Below, in pieces: positions 7,446 to 16,877 of a stretch of 64,000 bases of DNA (position 1 is its first letter; every line of letters begins with the position of its first letter). This DNA is from Nitrospirota bacterium. Lineage in GTDB: Bacteria; Nitrospirota; UBA9217. The notes beneath the pieces were generated by a model. It was not told the origin of the DNA. It saw nothing but the letters and a program-made list of their open reading frames with translations, and made no database searches. Location: NCBI GenBank assembly GCA_963663225.1, contig OY760142.1:608001-672000 (forward strand), read 5' to 3'. The position numbers and the translations under genes were made by a program.

Positions 7446-9458
7446 ATGTCCACATTCCCCGTCAACATTTTTCTTCCAGCCGCCGGCCTCGGCGAGCGGC
7501 TCAGGCCGATCACGAGCCATCTTCCGAAGCCGCTCCTCCCGGTCCTGGGCAGGCCGATTATTGAAATGATCCTCGAAAAAATCGCGCCTGTCTGCTCCGG
7601 AACAATCGGCATCAATCTGCATTACAAACCGGAGTTGCTCCGCGAATGGGCAGAAAGATCACCGTACGCCGATCGAATACATTTTTTCGATGAGAACCCC
7701 ATTCTCGGTACAGGCGGCGCACTCAAGAACGCCGAACCGTTGCTGTCCCGCGCGCCGTTCATCGTGCACAACTCGGATATTTTGCTCGACATAGATTTTC
7801 AGGGTCTGATAGCCGCGCACATCTCGTCAGGAAACATAGCGACCCTCGTCTGCCACCGCATTCCTGAACTCAGCAACGTGGTCATAGACAAAAAAAACCA
7901 GGTGCTCGATGTCGAGAACGCAGGGACATCCAGACCCGACCCGGCGACCAAAGCGGACAAGATTGCCTACACCGGCATTGCCGTCTATTCGCCGGAAATC
8001 CTGGGATTTCTTCCTACAGGTGTTTCGCATGCGACGGTCGCCTGGATCGCCGCGTCCAGAGCAGGTTTTAACGTGCGGGCCGTGGACGTTACCGGCTGCT
8101 CCTGGCATGACATCGGCAATCCCGTAACCTACTCAAGAGCGATGCTTGACGCTCTGCGGAATACCGGAGAAACAGTTTACGTCTCACCGTCCGCCCACTG
8201 CGGCCGCATCTCGATCGACGGCTACATCGTGCTGGAATCGGGAAGCACGGTCGAGGATGGGGCGCGCCTCAGAAACTGCGTCGTGATGCCGGGCGCACGC
8301 GTATCTGGTGAACAAGAGAACATGATCCTCGGTCCGGACTACGCTATAAGTCTTTCGGAAACGGACATGCAACCGTCACTTCACGCCGTGGAGCAGAAAC
8401 AGATTTCGCTGACGGAGCCGTTCTTTTCGGGATATTTCACGGAGACATCCTCTGAAACGACCGGCCTTGATGTTTCCCGTCACGGACATCCGGCGATTCA
8501 GCAGCAAAAAACGGGAATCTGGTCGAATGCCATCCTCATCGGCCTCGGCGGTTCAGACCGGCGTTATTTCCGTGTGCGCAACGACCACACCAGCGCGGTG
8601 CTGATGGAATGCAGCCCGGACGACCCGGATTACGAACGTCATATCATGTATACCCGTTTTTTCTCGGCCCATACCATGCCGGTCCCCGGACTTCTTGCCA
8701 CGGACTCCGCGCATAAATGCGCCTTGTTTGAAGATCTGGGAGACGCGAGTTTGTATGCGTGTATGAAGCCTCCCCGTGATTCCGGGTACATCAGCGATGT
8801 TTACTCCCGTGTGCTGGACATTCTGCTCAAACTCCATACCCGCATCACAAACCACGTGCATGAATGTCCGATGCTTCGGGAACGCATATTTGACTATGAA
8901 TACCTGCGGTGGGAAACGAGCTATTTTCTGGATCGGTTCGTCATCGGATTACGCAACACTCCCCCGAAAAACCGAAAAGACCTGGAGCAGGAATTCCATC
9001 ACCTTGCGCACAGAACAGACTCGTTCCCCAAGAGCGTGATCCACCGCGATTTTCAATGCCAGAACATCATGATGACGCGCAACGGCATTCCTCGCGTCAT
9101 CGACTTCCAGGGCGCACGCATGGCGCCGGCTGCCTATGATGTGGCATCGATTCTCTGGGACCCATACCATCGACTTGAGGACGGCGTCCGGGAAAAGCTG
9201 CTTGCATATTATGTTCAGGAAAGAAAAAAAGACTCTCCAGAATTCGATGAAAAAATATTCATGGAAAGCCTTGCTTTGTGCCGACTTCAGCGCCATATGC
9301 AGGCGCTCGGCGCGTACGGTTTTCTGTCGGTGGTGAAGGGGAAAAAATATTTTCTGAAGCATGTTCCGGAAGCGCTCCGTTTGCTCAAAGACGACTTGTC
9401 CGGAATGCAGAATGAATATCTCGTGCTCTGCAGGCTTGTGGACCATCTGCAGCGGTAA
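7446..9458 (+). CDS. MurU-like nucleotidyltransferase fused to AmgK-like anomeric sugar kinase
   Basis: N-terminus AAGLGERLRPITSHLPKPLLPV, ILGTGGAL, NSD; C-terminus GGSDRRYFRV, FEDLGD, IHRDFQCQNIM, IDFQGARMAPAAYDVASILWDPY. Confidence 0.88.
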   Translation: MSTFPVNIFLPAAGLGERLRPITSHLPKPLLPVLGRPIIEMILEKIAPVCSGTIGINLHYKPELLREWAERSPYADRIHFFDENPILGTGGALKNAEPLLSRAPFIVHNSDILLDIDFQGLIAAHISSGNIATLVCHRIPELSNVVIDKKNQVLDVENAGTSRPDPATKADKIAYTGIAVYSPEILGFLPTGVSHATVAWIAASRAGFNVRAVDVTGCSWHDIGNPVTYSRAMLDALRNTGETVYVSPSAHCGRISIDGYIVLESGSTVEDGARLRNCVVMPGARVSGEQENMILGPDYAISLSETDMQPSLHAVEQKQISLTEPFFSGYFTETSSETTGLDVSRHGHPAIQQQKTGIWSNAILIGLGGSDRRYFRVRNDHTSAVLMECSPDDPDYERHIMYTRFFSAHTMPVPGLLATDSAHKCALFEDLGDASLYACMKPPRDSGYISDVYSRVLDILLKLHTRITNHVHECPMLRERIFDYEYLRWETSYFLDRFVIGLRNTPPKNRKDLEQEFHHLAHRTDSFPKSVIHRDFQCQNIMMTRNGIPRVIDFQGARMAPAAYDVASILWDPYHRLEDGVREKLLAYYVQERKKDSPEFDEKIFMESLALCRLQRHMQALGAYGFLSVVKGKKYFLKHVPEALRLLKDDLSGMQNEYLVLCRLVDHLQR

Positions 9459-9461
9459 AAA

Positions 9462-10880
9462 TCATTTCAATCGCGCGAGATGCGCCAACGCCTCCTGCCT
9501 GTCCTTGATCGTCCCGTCTGCCTGCAGTTCCCTGATCTCGTCGAGAATCACCCGGAACCGCGGCCCCGGTTCAAATCCGCGCTGGATCAAATCCTGTCCG
9601 TTCACCAGCGGTCTGGCTGCGGCTTTCAGAAACTTCTTATAATAGTAATCCAGCACCGTTGCCATGGTCTTTTCCGTGTCGGTAAACTTGTCGCCGGGCA
9701 TTATTTCCTGTGTAGCCCGGGCGTCGGCTTGCGCAAGGAGGAGACTTTCGGGCAGGGCAGTGCGCGCGTCCCGGCAGTAGCGGTACATTGCATTGTTGCT
9801 CACTCCTGCCGCGGTGGCCAGATTGAACAGCCGCATATGGTCCCTGATCACCCTCTCGACCACTGACTCCGATTCCCGGGACAGCTTAAGCCGGCGGCAG
9901 AGAAGTCCGGCTTTGCGCGCTCCGAGACTGTCGTGGCCGTGGAACCTCACGCGGCCGCCGACGTCGGTAAATGTTTCAGGTTTGGCCATATCATGCAGCA
10001 AACAGGCGAGCTTGAGCACGGCCTTCCGGGGCGCCAGACGCTCCAGCGGCTCTTCCAGGTGAACAAGCACGAGCTCTGCATGCTCCGGAGATATTTTCAG
10101 CAGATCGTCCAGCACGCTGTCGATATATTCAGCCGTCTTAATGGAGTGAGTCAGGACATCATGCGCCTGATATCTGCCCGGCGCAAAACCGCGGAGAGGA
10201 TCAAGCTCCGGCAAAAGCGGCGACAGCAGTCCGAGCGATTCCATCATATGCAGATGTTTTCCGGCATTTCGTTCCGACAGGACAAGCAACAGTTCGTCGC
10301 GCACCCGCTCAGCGGAAGGAAGCGCGATCAGGTTTGAGCGTTCCCGGATCTGCCGGATCGTTTTTTCCTCCAGATCGAATCCCAGAGTTGCCGCGAACCG
10401 CACGGCGCGCAAAAGCCGGAGCGGGTCTTCATCCAGCACTTCCGGCTTCACCGTGCGGATCAGTTTGTTCGCAAGGTCTTCCCTCCCGTGAAACGAATCA
10501 ATCACCGTTGCTGAAAGTTGTTCTGTAAGAAACTCCCGCACGAAAACGGCCATGGCATTCACGGTGAAATCCCTGCGGCCCAGATCAGCATACAGATCAG
10601 GGCCGTCAAAGTTCGTGAAATCGAACTGCACTGCCCCTTTGTCCGCATATTTCACGACACGCGCAATATCCCGTTCTTCATCGAGGAAAAAGAAACTGCC
10701 GCCGATTTTGTCGGCAAATGCGCGCGCCGCGGGCACTGAACCTGCCGGAAACAAGAGGTCGATATCATTGATGTCCTGCTTCCCGATCAGCAGATCGCGC
10801 ACAGAACCGCCGACAAGATAAACCGGTTGCGTGGTGATCGAAAGAAGGTCTGAGAGGCATGAGAGTATGAAGGGGTCCAT
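9462..10880 (-). CDS. CCA tRNA nucleotidyltransferase / poly(A) polymerase family with HD domain
   Basis: YLVGGSVRD, DIDL, RRDFTVNAMA, EDPLRLLRAVRF, LLHDMAKP. Confidence 0.9.
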   Translation of the reverse strand: MDPFILSCLSDLLSITTQPVYLVGGSVRDLLIGKQDINDIDLLFPAGSVPAARAFADKIGGSFFFLDEERDIARVVKYADKGAVQFDFTNFDGPDLYADLGRRDFTVNAMAVFVREFLTEQLSATVIDSFHGREDLANKLIRTVKPEVLDEDPLRLLRAVRFAATLGFDLEEKTIRQIRERSNLIALPSAERVRDELLLVLSERNAGKHLHMMESLGLLSPLLPELDPLRGFAPGRYQAHDVLTHSIKTAEYIDSVLDDLLKISPEHAELVLVHLEEPLERLAPRKAVLKLACLLHDMAKPETFTDVGGRVRFHGHDSLGARKAGLLCRRLKLSRESESVVERVIRDHMRLFNLATAAGVSNNAMYRYCRDARTALPESLLLAQADARATQEIMPGDKFTDTEKTMATVLDYYYKKFLKAAARPLVNGQDLIQRGFEPGPRFRVILDEIRELQADGTIKDRQEALAHLARLK

Positions 10881-10932
10881 GATTGTGAATACTCAGGGTA
10901 CGTTCAGGAAAGGAGTGATGTGCGGCACGGCG

Positions 10933-12018
10933 TCAGGGTTTCTCCAGCACCTCCTGCAACACCCGTTCTTCCCATTCCTTTGTGACGATTACCTCGCCCA
11001 TTTTCTTCGGCAGCACGAACTTTGTTTTTCCGCCTTCCGCTTTTTTGTCGATCTGCATGGTGTTCATGAGTTCCGCCGCAGACGGTGTTCTGCTGAGGGC
11101 CGCAAAATGAGCAGGCAGTCCGTACGCGGTGATGAGCCGTTCGACCCGCGACGGCACCGAGGCAGCACACAGTCCCATGCGGTGCGCAAGCCGGGAAGCA
11201 TACACCATGCCGAGTGCGACCGCGTATCCGTGGCGCATCGTATAGTGCTCCGCGGTTTCAACGGCATGGCCCACGGTATGGCCGAAATTGAGGATCGCGC
11301 GGATGCCGTTCTCGCGCTCGTCCCTGCTTACGACATCCGCCTTGATCTCGCAGGAGCGCCGGATGACTTGCTCAAGCGCGCCGGGGTCACGCGCGAGCAG
11401 CTTTTCACGATTGGCGTCGAGATAGTCAAAAAACGGTTCATCCCAGATCACGCCGTACTTGATCACCTCGGCCATGCCCGCGAGGAACTCTTCCTTCGGC
11501 AGTGTAGCGAGAACGCCGCCGTCCATCAGCACTTTTTTCGGCTGATAGAATGCCCCGATCATGTTCTTTCCCAGCGGATGATTGACGCCGGTCTTGCCGC
11601 CCACGCTGCTGTCCACCATGGCAAGGAGGGTGGTCGGAATCTGGACGAACGGGATCCCCCGCATGAAGGTGGCCGCGGCAAAACCCGTCAGGTCGCCGAT
11701 CACGCCGCCTCCAAGGGCGACAAGCGCGGATCTTCTGTCAAACCTGTTCTGCAGAAGTTCCGAGTAGATGTTGTTCGCGGAGTCGAGTGTTTTGTACTGC
11801 TCGCCGTCCGGGATTTCAATCGTGAGGACGAGGAAGCCCGATCCGGTGAGGCTGTCGGCCACCCGGCGGCCGTACAGACCGCCGACCGTGGGGTTCGTAA
11901 TAAGGGCGATTTTATTTCCGAGTCCGAGTTTGCTGAGCCGCTCTCCCGTCTGCTCAAGGGCGATGCCGATTTCTATATCGTAGCTTCTGTCTGCCAGATC
12001 TACTCTAACAACGTGCAT
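10933..12018 (-). CDS. aroB: 3-dehydroquinate synthase
   Basis: ALGGGVIGDLTGFAAATFMRG, PTTLLAMVDSSVGGKTGVN, LNFGHTVGHAVE; start ATG 12018. Confidence 0.96.
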   Translation of the reverse strand: MHVVRVDLADRSYDIEIGIALEQTGERLSKLGLGNKIALITNPTVGGLYGRRVADSLTGSGFLVLTIEIPDGEQYKTLDSANNIYSELLQNRFDRRSALVALGGGVIGDLTGFAAATFMRGIPFVQIPTTLLAMVDSSVGGKTGVNHPLGKNMIGAFYQPKKVLMDGGVLATLPKEEFLAGMAEVIKYGVIWDEPFFDYLDANREKLLARDPGALEQVIRRSCEIKADVVSRDERENGIRAILNFGHTVGHAVETAEHYTMRHGYAVALGMVYASRLAHRMGLCAASVPSRVERLITAYGLPAHFAALSRTPSAAELMNTMQIDKKAEGGKTKFVLPKKMGEVIVTKEWEERVLQEVLEKP

Positions 12019-12520
12019 ACCGCACCTTTTCCTTGATCTCGTGCACCGCCTCGTCCACGGTTTTTTCAGAAGTGTCGACAATAAGATCGGCTTGCTGGTA
12101 GAAGTGCGCGCGGATGTCAAGGATGTCCTTGATCGTTTTCAGAGGGTCCGCGGTCTGGAGCAGCGGCCGGTGGGTCTCCTGTTTGATGCGTTCAAAAATA
12201 ACTTCCGGACGGGCGGCAAGGCAGATCACCATGCCGGCCTTTTTGAACAGATCCCGGTTTTCATCACGGATCACGGCGCCGCCTCCGGTCGAAACCACCT
12301 GGCTTTCGCCTTCCAAAATCCTTTTGATAATTCTTGCCTCGACATCGCGAAAGTAGGGCTCTCCGTGTTTTTCAAATATCGACGGAATGTCCGTGCGTTG
12401 ATCGGCTTCGATGCATGCGTCCGTGTCTACAAACGTGTATCCAAGGTCCTTCGCGAGCTTTTTCCCCACGCTTGTTTTGCCGACTCCCATGAATCCGGTA
12501 AGGATGATATTTCTTAACAT
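12005..12520 (-). CDS. aroK: Shikimate kinase
   Basis: GFMGVGKTSVG, GEPYFRDVE, STGGGAV, RPLL. Confidence 0.95.
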   Translation of the reverse strand: MLRNIILTGFMGVGKTSVGKKLAKDLGYTFVDTDACIEADQRTDIPSIFEKHGEPYFRDVEARIIKRILEGESQVVSTGGGAVIRDENRDLFKKAGMVICLAARPEVIFERIKQETHRPLLQTADPLKTIKDILDIRAHFYQQADLIVDTSEKTVDEAVHEIKEKVRYARC

Positions 12521-12524
12521 ACCA

Positions 12525-13748
12525 TTATGTCCGCGACGGTTTTTCCTGAACGGTGCCGCTGTTCTTTCCCCGTGTTTCCTCAACTTCCATCCGGGTTTTC
12601 AGATAGGCGCCATACCCTTCGTAGTTTCGCTTCATCTCGTCCATGCTGTCTCCGCCGAACTTCTCGATGAGAAGGGACGCCAGTTCGAAAGCGACCGCGG
12701 CCTCGGCCACCACGCCCGCCGCGGGCACCGCGCAGACATCGGAGCGCTCCACACTCGCTTTGAACGGTTTTTTGCTCGCCATGTCCACCGAACGCAGCGG
12801 TTTCATAAGCGTCGGGATCGGCTTCATGGCAGCGCGAAGCGTAATGGTTTCGCCGTTGCTCATGCCGCCTTCGATGCCGCCCGCCCGGTTGGTCTTGCGG
12901 TAAAAGCCATCTTTTCTGCTCCAGTAAATCTCATCATGCACCTGTGACCCGGGGCGGTTCGACACGCCGAATCCCGCGCCGACCTCGACCCCCTTGATGG
13001 CCTGAATGCTCATGAGCGCCGCCGCGAGCCTGGCATCGAGTTTCCGGTCCCAGTGCGTGTGGCTCCCCAGACCCGCGGGAACGCCCGTGACCATCACTTC
13101 GAACACGCCGCCGAGCGAATCACCCGCCGATCTCGCGTCATCGATCTTCCGCATCATGCTTTTCTCGGCTTCCGCATCTGCACAATGGAGCTCTGAAGCC
13201 TCTGCTTTCTTTTTAATTTCCTTCGGTAATGATTTCGGGACTTTGGCAAAGACCCCGCCGATGGAAAGCACGTGGCTGATGATCTCAATGTTGAACTCTT
13301 CCAAAAGTCTTTTCGCCACCGCGCCGACCGCGACACGCATGGCGGTTTCCCTTGCGCTTGATCGTTCGATAATATTCCGGATGTCCGCGGTACCGTATTT
13401 CAGCGCGCCCGCAAGGTCTGCATGTCCCGGACGGGGACGGGTAACCGGGCCGGTGGAATTCAGAAACATGGGGTCCGACGACATTTTATCGCGCCAGTTA
13501 TCCCAATCTCTGTTGCGGACAACAAGACCGATGGGGCTTCCGAGCGTCTTACCCCAGCGTACACCGGTATAGATCTTGACCGTGTCTTTTTCTATTTTCA
13601 TCCGGTTGCCCCGGCCATATCCTGTCTGGCGGCGCCCAAGGTCACGGTCAATATCAGTCACCCGTATCAAAAGTCCCGCGGGCATTCCCTCGATGATTCC
13701 CATTAGAAGTTCTCCGTGAGACTCTCCGGCTGTCAGAAAGCGTAGCAT
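12525..13748 (-). CDS. aroC: Chorismate synthase
   Basis: [52 protein letters not shown]. Confidence 0.97.
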   Translation of the reverse strand: MLRFLTAGESHGELLMGIIEGMPAGLLIRVTDIDRDLGRRQTGYGRGNRMKIEKDTVKIYTGVRWGKTLGSPIGLVVRNRDWDNWRDKMSSDPMFLNSTGPVTRPRPGHADLAGALKYGTADIRNIIERSSARETAMRVAVGAVAKRLLEEFNIEIISHVLSIGGVFAKVPKSLPKEIKKKAEASELHCADAEAEKSMMRKIDDARSAGDSLGGVFEVMVTGVPAGLGSHTHWDRKLDARLAAALMSIQAIKGVEVGAGFGVSNRPGSQVHDEIYWSRKDGFYRKTNRAGGIEGGMSNGETITLRAAMKPIPTLMKPLRSVDMASKKPFKASVERSDVCAVPAAGVVAEAAVAFELASLLIEKFGGDSMDEMKRNYEGYGAYLKTRMEVEETRGKNSGTVQEKPSRT

Positions 13749-13976
13749 CCTCAGCCCTCCCTATCTATTTAATAATAAAGGGGAAAAATAGCATTCCGGC
13801 GCTTCTGAGGGCGGCCGATACCCGAAAAAGCTAAAAACTCCCGCAAAATCGCGATTATCATAGCAAATTTACAGTAGAAGTGCAATCAAAAGTATGTTAC
13901 TATTCAGGGTATTTTTTAGGTATTTTACCGTTTTTTCAATAAAAATCTGATGTTTCATTCATACAAGGAGATGGCT

Positions 13977-14411
13977 GTGAAGTATAAACAGGGGTCATTA
14001 GGGCGGGTTTTCGTACTTAAATTTGAGGACAAAGACGATATCCTTGAGGAAGTCAAAAAAATAGTATGCCAGGAAACAATAAAGGTCGGTACCATCATGC
14101 TGATCGGCGGCATGCGTTCTGCAGAAATGGTCTCCGGCCCGAAAGAGCCGGTGGTCCCTCCGGAATCGCTTTGGGTAAATTTCAATGACGGCCGTGACAT
14201 GCTGGGAATCGGCACCATCTTTTGGAAAGACAATGAACCGGTCATCCATATTCATGGAGCCATGGGGCATGAAAAAGACATCCTGACGGGGTGTCTTCGC
14301 AAAAACAACTCTGTGTTCATCGGGATCGAAGCGATCATCACGGAAATCCTCGCTGTTGATGCCCGAAAAGCATTGAACGAAAAAACCGGGCTCGTAATGC
14401 TGGAGCTGTAA
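13977..14411 (+). CDS. PPC domain (DUF296) putative DNA-binding protein
   Basis: GRVFVLKFEDKDDILE...GIGTIFW...IHIHGAMG...GCL; start is GTG 13977 or ATG 13971 after AAGGAG. Confidence 0.85.
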   Translation: MKYKQGSLGRVFVLKFEDKDDILEEVKKIVCQETIKVGTIMLIGGMRSAEMVSGPKEPVVPPESLWVNFNDGRDMLGIGTIFWKDNEPVIHIHGAMGHEKDILTGCLRKNNSVFIGIEAIITEILAVDARKALNEKTGLVMLEL

Positions 14412-14497
14412 AAAATATCACCAGAACGTCGTTCCAAAAACCCGGAAATTTGAACGGTTGGTAAACCGTCAACGAACGTGGCCAAGGGAGTATTTGC

Positions 14498-15223
14498 ATG
14501 ATCGCCCTGCTCTGTTCCGTACAAGCTGAAGCCCAACTTCTCCTCAGTCGCACTAAGGCAACGAGATCGAAACTGCTGGGAACCAAATCCATAATCGAAG
14601 GAACGCTCGGCGGCAAACAGGTGCTGCTTTGCGTCGGAGGGATGGGCAAGGTGAATGCGGCACACGCGGCAACGCTGCTGCTTTCACAGTTTACACCCAG
14701 CGCCCTGATCATCTTCGGCATCGGAGGAGCATACCCTTCTTCCGGCGCTCAGATCGGGGATATCGCCGTTGCAAAGGAAGAAATTGCGGGTGATGAGGGA
14801 GTGTTGACCGGGGACGGCTTCAAAGACGCCGAATACATCGGCATCCCGCTCGTCAAAACAACTTCTTCCGTGGTGTATACGACGTATCCTGCACCGGATG
14901 ACCTGTTGAAATGTACCTTGCATGTGCTGAAATCGCGGCAAAACGCAGCAACAGTGCATGCCGGCACCTTTGTCACGCTGTCGACCTGCACCGGGACAGC
15001 GGCCCGTGCGGCCGAACTGGAACAACGGTATCACGGTTTGTGTGAAAACATGGAAGGCGCGGCAGCAGCCCAGGTCGCGGAATTGCATGGTGTTCCCTGG
15101 CTAGAACTGCGCGGCATATCCAATATCGTTGAAGACCGGAACCCGGCAGCGTGGGACATCCCGCGCGCGGCGAACGCGGTGCAGAACGCGGTGCTTCAGG
15201 TATTGGATTTTTTCGGGACGTAA
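14498..15223 (+). CDS. mqnB: Futalosine hydrolase
   Basis: PNP/UDP fold (GGMGKVNAA, FGIGGAY, TLSTCTGT, CENMEGAAAAQVA, ELRGISNIVEDR..WDI); adjacent to mqnD. Confidence 0.88.
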   Translation: MIALLCSVQAEAQLLLSRTKATRSKLLGTKSIIEGTLGGKQVLLCVGGMGKVNAAHAATLLLSQFTPSALIIFGIGGAYPSSGAQIGDIAVAKEEIAGDEGVLTGDGFKDAEYIGIPLVKTTSSVVYTTYPAPDDLLKCTLHVLKSRQNAATVHAGTFVTLSTCTGTAARAAELEQRYHGLCENMEGAAAAQVAELHGVPWLELRGISNIVEDRNPAAWDIPRAANAVQNAVLQVLDFFGT

Positions 15224-15261
15224 TCTCAACCAATGCGGAGCTTCCGGGTTTTCATTCGCGT

Positions 15262-16110
15262 ATGACCAGAACACTGACCATAGGTTATTCCCCCTGTCCG
15301 AACGATACGTTCATTTTCTACGCGCTGGTTCATGGCAAAGTGCAAATACCGGACGTTGTCTTTCGCGAACAGCTTGAAGACGTCGAGACGCTGAACCGGC
15401 TGGCGCTCGACGGAAAACTCGATTTTACCAAAATATCATATCACGCCCTGGGCCGTCTGCGGGAACAGTACGCGCTGCTCCGTTCCGGCGGCGCGCTCGG
15501 CAGAGGATGCGGACCTCTGCTTGTGGCAAAACCGGGGACCAACCTTCAGGACCTCAAAAACGGGACCATTGCCGTGCCCGGAAAACTTACGACGGCATAT
15601 CTGCTGCTTCGTCTTTTTGAGCCTGCACTCGAAAACGTACTTGTCATGCCGTTTCATAGCATCATGGACGCGGTTGTGCGCGGGCAGGCAACGGCAGGAC
15701 TGATCATCCATGAAAGCCGTTTCACCTACCAGCACTATCATCTCGAAAAGCTGCTGGATCTCGGTGAATGGTGGGAACGCCGAACCGGCCTGCCGATTCC
15801 CCTCGGCGGTATCCTCGGCCAACGCGTTCTCGGACAAGACCTCTTAGTACGCGTGCAAACAGCCATCCGCGAGAGTCTGCTGTATGCCTGGGCCCATCCC
15901 CGGGAAGTCCTGGAATACTGCAGAAAGTACAGTCAGGAAATGGACGAAGAAGTAATGTTGAATCATATCAGCCTCTACGTAAACGACTTTTCCCTCGATA
16001 TCGGAGAGCAGGGGCTTGCCGCCATCCAAAAACTTTTTTCGGAGTCAGAAGGTCGGGGCCTCTTCCTGCTTTCCGGGAAACCTCTCCTGGCTGAACAGGA
16101 AAGCAACTGA
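15262..16110 (+). CDS. mqnD: 1,4-dihydroxy-6-naphthoate synthase
   Basis: GYSPCPNDTFIF, DVETLN, GGALGRGCGP, IIHESRFTY, LPIPLG, HISLYVN. Confidence 0.95.
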   Translation: MTRTLTIGYSPCPNDTFIFYALVHGKVQIPDVVFREQLEDVETLNRLALDGKLDFTKISYHALGRLREQYALLRSGGALGRGCGPLLVAKPGTNLQDLKNGTIAVPGKLTTAYLLLRLFEPALENVLVMPFHSIMDAVVRGQATAGLIIHESRFTYQHYHLEKLLDLGEWWERRTGLPIPLGGILGQRVLGQDLLVRVQTAIRESLLYAWAHPREVLEYCRKYSQEMDEEVMLNHISLYVNDFSLDIGEQGLAAIQKLFSESEGRGLFLLSGKPLLAEQESN

Positions 16111-16260
16111 TCGATGAAGACCCGGAGTGGCACTGAACGCAACATCGTACCGTCAAAAAAAAATTATTTTACTACAATAAAAAATGTTTCATGGTATAAT
16201 ATCGGCACAATGCGTCACTATTTCGCAGGCTGCTTGCCCGCGTTACGGTAAGGAGGAAGC

Positions 16261-16821
16261 ATGGTCGGTTGGATTCTACTTGCGGTGCTCGGTTTATTCT
16301 TGGTCTGGATCATCATGATTTACAACGGTCTGGTTACCCGGCGCAACGATGTCCAGAGCGCGTGGAAGCAAATCGATGTCCAGCTGAAGCGGAGGCACGA
16401 CCTCATTCCAAACCTGGTCGCAACCGTGAAAGGGGCGATGGAGTTCGAGCAGGACACTCTTGAAAAAGTCATTTCTGCGAGGGCGAAGGCTGTGTCGGCC
16501 CCGACACCAGCTGCAAAAGCGGAGGCCGAGAATATCCTGACGCAAACCCTTGGGAAACTTTTTGCCCTCATGGAAAATTATCCGGCCCTGAAAAGCAACC
16601 AAAACGTGATGCAATTGCAGGAGGAACTCACCTCCACGGAAAACAAGATATCTTTCGCCCGCCAGTTCTATAATGATCTGGTTGCGAACTACCGGACACG
16701 GATTCAAATATTCCCCAACAATATCGTTGCGTCAATGTTCAATTTTAACAGTGAAGAATATTTCGGCGCTGAGGAAGCGGACCGTGCCGTTCCCGCTGTC
16801 AATATAAGCCTGAAAAAGTGA
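16261..16821 (+). CDS. lemA: LemA family protein
   Basis: YNGLV, AWKQIDVQLKRRHDLIPNLV, ENYPALK, TENKISFARQFYN, FPNN. Confidence 0.95.
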   Translation: MVGWILLAVLGLFLVWIIMIYNGLVTRRNDVQSAWKQIDVQLKRRHDLIPNLVATVKGAMEFEQDTLEKVISARAKAVSAPTPAAKAEAENILTQTLGKLFALMENYPALKSNQNVMQLQEELTSTENKISFARQFYNDLVANYRTRIQIFPNNIVASMFNFNSEEYFGAEEADRAVPAVNISLKK

Positions 16822-16877
16822 GCCAGGAGCCAGAGCAGCAACCCCTGCTGTGCATCTGATTTCCTGATTATTGCCGC

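Noticed and set aside
10831-12036. 401-aa plus-strand ORF (and similar long shadow ORFs such as 58353-59420, 17532-18431, 25975-26652)
   Set aside because: Antisense to well-conserved genes (aroB, uvrB, htpX, LOG) with no recognisable motifs; codon-bias shadows.
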